From Vulcanimicrobiaceae bacterium (GTDB lineage: Bacteria; Vulcanimicrobiota; Vulcanimicrobiia; Vulcanimicrobiales; Vulcanimicrobiaceae), in contig JBHEMM010000029.1 of assembly GCA_046262595.1 (NCBI GenBank), positions 12,144 through 33,364 of the forward strand: a stretch of DNA of 21,221 nt, written 5' to 3'. Of the stretch, positions 17,419 to 21,221 are shown one piece after another. Made by a program: the position numbers and the translations under genes. The notes below the pieces were generated by a model. The model ran no database searches, was not told the origin of the DNA, and saw only the letters and a program-made list of their open reading frames with translations. Every line of letters begins with the position of its first letter. Positions within the stretch are counted from its first letter, which is position 1.

Positions 17419-17424
17419 ATGGTA
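17419..17424 (-). promoter_or_regulatory. Candidate -10 element (TACCAT) for the dienelactone hydrolase/rmuC transcript
   Basis: TANNNT match lying just upstream of the AAAGGAG RBS on the minus strand. Confidence 0.35.
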
Positions 17425-17458
17425 TGCGAGGCGGGAACCCGGTACCTTCGGCCTAAAG

Positions 17459-17478
17459 TGGTACATTCGCACCGGAGG
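17459..17478 (+). promoter_or_regulatory. Extended -10 promoter (TGgTACATT) and RBS (GGAGG) for the sulfur module
   Basis: TG 17459-17460, TACATT 17462-17467, GGAGG 17474-17478, GTG start 17487. Confidence 0.5.
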
Positions 17479-17486
17479 GACGCATC

Positions 17487-18194
17487 GTGAACCGCAGCAT
17501 GTTTCTGGCTTCTTCAACCTCGCTTTTCGCGCTCGCTCAGGCGAAGGCAAGCGCGCAGGCGGTTCCGGGCGGCACGCATGACGTCGAACGTGCCGCGGAT
17601 TTCGACAAGTCGGCGTTCGCGCGCGCGGCCGATCGCGGTCTGGTGCGCATGGTGTGGGAGCAAGTCGCGTTTCACCCGCAAGTGCTCGCGAACATCAAGA
17701 ATGCATTCAACGGCCTGCAGTTCGGCTTTGGGCATGCGCCCTCGCAGATTGCGATGGCGATGGCGAACCACGGCGCGTCGAGCGCATACGCCTACAGTGA
17801 ATACCTCTGGCGGAAATACCGGATCGGCGAAGCGCTTAAACTCAAGAATGCGGCAGGCAACGCCGTGACGTCGAACGTGTACGTCAAAGCGCCCCGTGCG
17901 CCCGAGCTGGGTGCGAATCCCGACGATGAGAACGGTTTTTACCAAGATACGTCGATCGAAGCACTGCAGGCGCGCGGGCTGTTGATGCTGACCTGTCATA
18001 CCGCCGTTGAGGAGCAGGCGCGCGCGTTCGTCAAGGGCGGGTTCGCGCCGGCGGGCATGACGGCGGGCGCCGTGGCGGCGGATATACTCACGCATTTAAT
18101 TCCGGGCGCGGTGGTCGTGCCCTCGATGGTCGCGACGATCGCCGAACTGCAGCAGCTTTACCGCTACGGGTTTATTTCGCCGGCCTTCGCATGA
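17487..18194 (+). CDS. Tat-like exported DsrE-fold protein; resembles the Acidithiobacillus-type non-heme thiosulfate dehydrogenase (Tsd) family
   Basis: Degenerate Tat motif NRSMFL with an ASA cleavage site. DsrE-like NHG, LQARG..MLTC (sole Cys) and VVPSMVATIAELQ. The Tsd-family assignment is from memory of family motifs and is unverified. Confidence 0.6.
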   Translation: MNRSMFLASSTSLFALAQAKASAQAVPGGTHDVERAADFDKSAFARAADRGLVRMVWEQVAFHPQVLANIKNAFNGLQFGFGHAPSQIAMAMANHGASSAYAYSEYLWRKYRIGEALKLKNAAGNAVTSNVYVKAPRAPELGANPDDENGFYQDTSIEALQARGLLMLTCHTAVEEQARAFVKGGFAPAGMTAGAVAADILTHLIPGAVVVPSMVATIAELQQLYRYGFISPAFA

Positions 18195-18982
18195 AGTTGC
18201 GCATATTTTCAGCTGCGGCCGCGGCGTGCTTGTTGGCCGGCTGCGGCGCACGCCCCCCGCAAAGCGTTTCGCTCGCGCCGTATGCGCCCGCCGCCGTGCC
18301 GGCAGGCGCGCAAGGCGATGCGATCCGCTTCGGACGCGAGCTTATCGTAAACACGCGCAAACATCTTCAGCCGTACATGCGTGCAAACATGGATTGCGCG
18401 GCGTGTCACATCAACGGCGGCACGAGCGCCCGCGGCGGCGACTTCGCCGGAACCGCCGCGGCGTTTCCGCAGTGGAACAAACGCGCGCGTCGCGTGATTA
18501 CCTTGCAGGACCGCTTGGCCGAATGTTTCTTGTACAGCATGAACGGCCGCCCGCCCGCGTACGCGAGCCGCGAGATGACGGCGCTCGCCGCGTATATCAC
18601 GTACCTCTCACGCGGCGTGCCGCTGGGCAGCAAACCGGATCCGGCGCTGGTGCTCGCGAGCATCACGCTGCCGCATGCGGACACGAAAAGCGGCGGCGCG
18701 CTTTACGCGCAAAGATGTTCGGCGTGTCACGGCGCCGGCGGAGCGGGGAACGCGCAGTACCCGCCGCTCTGGGGCTCGCGTTCGTTCAACGACGGCGCGG
18801 GCATGCACCGCTTGCGCACGATGGCCGGCTTCATCCGCTATAACATGCCGCAGAACGCGCCGGGCTCGCTGAGCGACGCGCAATCTTTCGACATCGCGGC
18901 ATTCGTGCTCTCGCACCGGCGCCCGGCATTTGCGAAAGCGCGGCTCGTTTCGTTTCCGGCGGTGCGCGCCGATTATTTCTGA
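18191..18982 (+). CDS. tsdA: TsdA-family diheme cytochrome c (thiosulfate dehydrogenase/tetrathionate reductase), lipoprotein
   Basis: Lipobox LLAGC, heme motifs CAACH and CSACH, catalytic-Cys motif RLAECFLYSMNG, PPLWG..SFN.GAGM, distal-ligand motif NMP. Confidence 0.85.
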   Translation: MKLRIFSAAAAACLLAGCGARPPQSVSLAPYAPAAVPAGAQGDAIRFGRELIVNTRKHLQPYMRANMDCAACHINGGTSARGGDFAGTAAAFPQWNKRARRVITLQDRLAECFLYSMNGRPPAYASREMTALAAYITYLSRGVPLGSKPDPALVLASITLPHADTKSGGALYAQRCSACHGAGGAGNAQYPPLWGSRSFNDGAGMHRLRTMAGFIRYNMPQNAPGSLSDAQSFDIAAFVLSHRRPAFAKARLVSFPAVRADYF

Positions 18983-19971
18983 ATAAAATCCGAGCGGCCG
19001 TCCCGGGCATCGCGATCTGCGTCGCAATCGCGGTTGCGGCATACTTCTTGGGGCGCGCCGTGCCGGTCGTCGGTGCGCCGGTGTTCGGCATCGCGCTCGG
19101 CGCGCTGGCCGCGCTGCTGCGTCCGCCGTCCGCAGGCCTCAAGCCCGGCATCGCCTTTGCAAGCCGGACCGTGCTGCAGATCTCGATCGTCGTGCTCGGC
19201 GCGACGCTGCAACTGCGTGAGGTGTATGAAACGGGGCGACAATCGCTGCCTGTTCTGGCCGGCAGCGCCGTGATTACGCTCGCGGCCGCCTACGTTTTCG
19301 GAAAACTGCTCCGCGTGCCGTCCGACCTGCGGCGTCTGCTCGGCGTCGGGACGACGGTCTGCGGCGGCTCCGCGATTGCCGCTCTTTCGAGTGCTATCGA
19401 GGTGAGCGAAACGAGCGTTGCGTACGCCATTTCGACGGTGTTCTTTTTCAATGTCGTCGCGGTGCTCACGTTCCCGTGGATCGGGCACGCGCTCTCACTT
19501 TCGCAGCGAGCGTTCGGCTTGTGGGCGGGTACGGCGATCAACGATACGTCGTCCGTAGTTGCAGCCGGATACAGCTACGGCCACGCGGCGGGCAACTACG
19601 CGGTCATCGTGAAACTGACGCGGACGCTGCTCATCGTTCCGATCGTTTTCTTCTATGCCGGCAAACGCGTCGTAGCGGCACGCCGCTCGGAAAAATCGGT
19701 GCCGTGGCGCCGCATCCTTCCGTGGTTCATCGTGTGGTTTGCGGCCGCCGCGCTGCTCAACACGGTGGGCGCCGTGCCGCCCGCCGCACAGGCGGGAATC
19801 GCACAGACGGCGCTGTTCCTGATCGTGATCGCGCTCTCGGGCGTGGGCTTATCCGTCGATGCCCGCGCGATCCGTGCGGCCGGCGCGGGTCCGCTGCTGC
19901 TCGGTTTGCTGCTGTGGTGTACGATAGCCGCGGCGAGCTTAGCTTTGGCGCGCGCTGCCGGCATCGGTTAG
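18979..19971 (+). CDS. YeiH/PSE family putative sulfate exporter
   Basis: Polytopic membrane protein with IVVLG, GVGTTVCGGSAIAA, FGLWAGTAINDTSSVVAAG, IVKLTRTL. The first TM helix lies upstream of the ORF-track TTG (19048), so I placed the start at CTG 18979. Confidence 0.88.
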   Translation: MNKIRAAVPGIAICVAIAVAAYFLGRAVPVVGAPVFGIALGALAALLRPPSAGLKPGIAFASRTVLQISIVVLGATLQLREVYETGRQSLPVLAGSAVITLAAAYVFGKLLRVPSDLRRLLGVGTTVCGGSAIAALSSAIEVSETSVAYAISTVFFFNVVAVLTFPWIGHALSLSQRAFGLWAGTAINDTSSVVAAGYSYGHAAGNYAVIVKLTRTLLIVPIVFFYAGKRVVAARRSEKSVPWRRILPWFIVWFAAAALLNTVGAVPPAAQAGIAQTALFLIVIALSGVGLSVDARAIRAAGAGPLLLGLLLWCTIAAASLALARAAGIG

Positions 19972-20850
19972 CGCACCGTGAAAGCTTTGTGCGACGTGCA
20001 GGCGGAAGTCTTCAACCAATTGCGGCCGGTACCGCTCCGGTTCCCATAACAAGCCGATGCTGCGTTTGCACACGGGCTCGGTGATGCGCAGCAGCGGCGG
20101 CGAGGTCTCCGCTGCCGGAGCGGCGGGGATGATTGCGACGCCCAAGCCGACCGCGACCAAACTGCGCAGCGTTGCGATTTCTTCGCCTTCAAAAGCGATC
20201 TTCGGCGCGAAACCGGCTTGCGCGCAAAACTCATCCGTGAGCGAGCGCAGACCGTAGCCTTCGCGCAGACAGACGAACGTTTCATCGTGCAATTGCGCGA
20301 GATTGATGCTTTTGCGGTGCGCGAGTGCATGGTCGTGCGGAACGGCCAGAAACAGTTCTTCGGAGGCAAGTTTGATCGCTTCAATGCGCGCGGACGTTTG
20401 AGGCAGCGGCGAAACGAGCGCGAGATCGACTTCGCCTGCTTCCAATTCGTCAACGATGATGTGCGAGGCGTTTTGGAAAAGCTGAAACCGCGCCCGCGGA
20501 TAGCGCGTGCGGAACGCAGCGATGAGATCCGGCACCACGCCCGTTCCGAGCGCGTGCGCGAAGCCGAACGCGATGATGCCGGCGTCGCGGTCCGCAAGGT
20601 CGGCAAGTTCGCGGCGGCCTTCATCGAGCACGGCGAGCGCGCGTTCGACGTGGCGCAGAAACGCCGTGCCGTACCGGTTCAGGCGCACGGAGCGTCCCCG
20701 GTGATCGAACAGCGAGACGCCGACCTCGCGTTCCAACCGGGCAATGGCGCGGCTGAGCGCGGGCTGCGTCATCTGCAGTTCCTCCGCTGACTGCGTGACG
20801 TGCTGCAGACGCGCTACGGTGCGGAAGTATTCGAGCTGTTCAAGATCCAT
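19939..20850 (-). CDS. LysR family transcriptional regulator (GltC-like)
   Basis: HTH MDLEQLEYF...HVTQSAEELQMTQPALSRAIARLE..VG..LF, and substrate-binding domain with CAQAGFAPKIAFEGEE and LVAVGLGVAIIP. Confidence 0.95.
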   Translation of the reverse strand: MDLEQLEYFRTVARLQHVTQSAEELQMTQPALSRAIARLEREVGVSLFDHRGRSVRLNRYGTAFLRHVERALAVLDEGRRELADLADRDAGIIAFGFAHALGTGVVPDLIAAFRTRYPRARFQLFQNASHIIVDELEAGEVDLALVSPLPQTSARIEAIKLASEELFLAVPHDHALAHRKSINLAQLHDETFVCLREGYGLRSLTDEFCAQAGFAPKIAFEGEEIATLRSLVAVGLGVAIIPAAPAAETSPPLLRITEPVCKRSIGLLWEPERYRPQLVEDFRLHVAQSFHGALTDAGSARQS

Positions 20851-20899
20851 GACGGCTTATTCATGCCCTGCAGAGCATAAGTCTTGCTTTTCACAGGCA

Positions 20900-20956
20900 T
20901 TGGCGGCTACGAAGCGCCCGGGCTACAATGGAGATGCCGCACGGCTGTAAAAGGAG
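20900..20956 (+). promoter_or_regulatory. Sigma70-type promoter and RBS for the lipoyl-domain gene
   Basis: TTGGCG 20900-20905, 18-nt spacer, TACAAT 20924-20929, AAGGAG 20951-20956. Confidence 0.55.
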
Positions 20957-20961
20957 TCCAG

Positions 20962-21221
20962 GTGCCCGAAACGCTGGTCCACATCACGCTGCCCGAGATG
21001 GGAGAGTCCGTCACCGAAGGCTCCGTCGTGGAGTGGCGCAAGAAGGTCGGCGAGTTTGTCACCGAGGGTGAGCCGCTGGTCGATGTGACCACCGACAAGG
21101 TGGATGTGGAACTGCCCGCGACCGCCAGCGGGCTATTAACGAAGATTCACGCCGGCGAGGGCGCCACGATCGCCGTCGACCCCAAGGATCCGCGCAACAT
21201 CTACATCGGCTGGCGCCAAGG
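20962..21221 (+). CDS. N-terminal lipoyl domain of a 2-oxoacid dehydrogenase component (SucB/Kgd-like), truncated at window end
   Basis: Manual translation from GTG 20962: MPETLVHITLPEMGESVTEGSVVEWRKKVGEFVTEGEPLVDVTTDKVDVELPATASG..., with the lipoyl-Lys in TDKV. Not in the ORF track because there is no stop codon in the window. Confidence 0.88.
   Translation, partial: MPETLVHITLPEMGESVTEGSVVEWRKKVGEFVTEGEPLVDVTTDKVDVELPATASGLLTKIHAGEGATIAVDPKDPRNIYIGWRQ

Overview
A GC-rich, tightly packed bacterial chromosomal window; gene content and protein style suggest a Terrabacteria-type lineage such as Eremiobacterota, but that is a guess. From left to right: the 3' end of rodA; a class I SAM methyltransferase (-); a frameshifted Imm26-like/leucine-rich-repeat gene (+); a 575-nt structured non-coding region; and an RNase E/G with a TRAM-like domain and a long Arg-rich disordered tail (+). 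Next is a minus-strand operon: ftsE, ftsX, PAS histidine kinase, REC-GGDEF, coiled-coil M23 peptidase and two S41 (CtpA-like) proteases. Then come an acyl-CoA dehydrogenase, a DUF695/RraB-domain protein, an exported BCP peroxiredoxin, rmuC and an exported dienelactone-hydrolase-family protein. These are followed by a coupled three-gene sulfur module (Tat-exported DsrE-like protein, lipoprotein TsdA-family diheme cytochrome c, YeiH-family exporter with a probable CTG start), a LysR regulator, and the start of a lipoyl-domain protein whose last ~45 nt look chimeric. The most interesting items are the kinase/diguanylate cyclase pair embedded in the ftsEX-hydrolase-protease operon, the thiosulfate module and the long structured rne leader. 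I saw no rRNA, tRNA, CRISPR array or mobile element. All family calls come from recognising motifs by eye, not from database searches.
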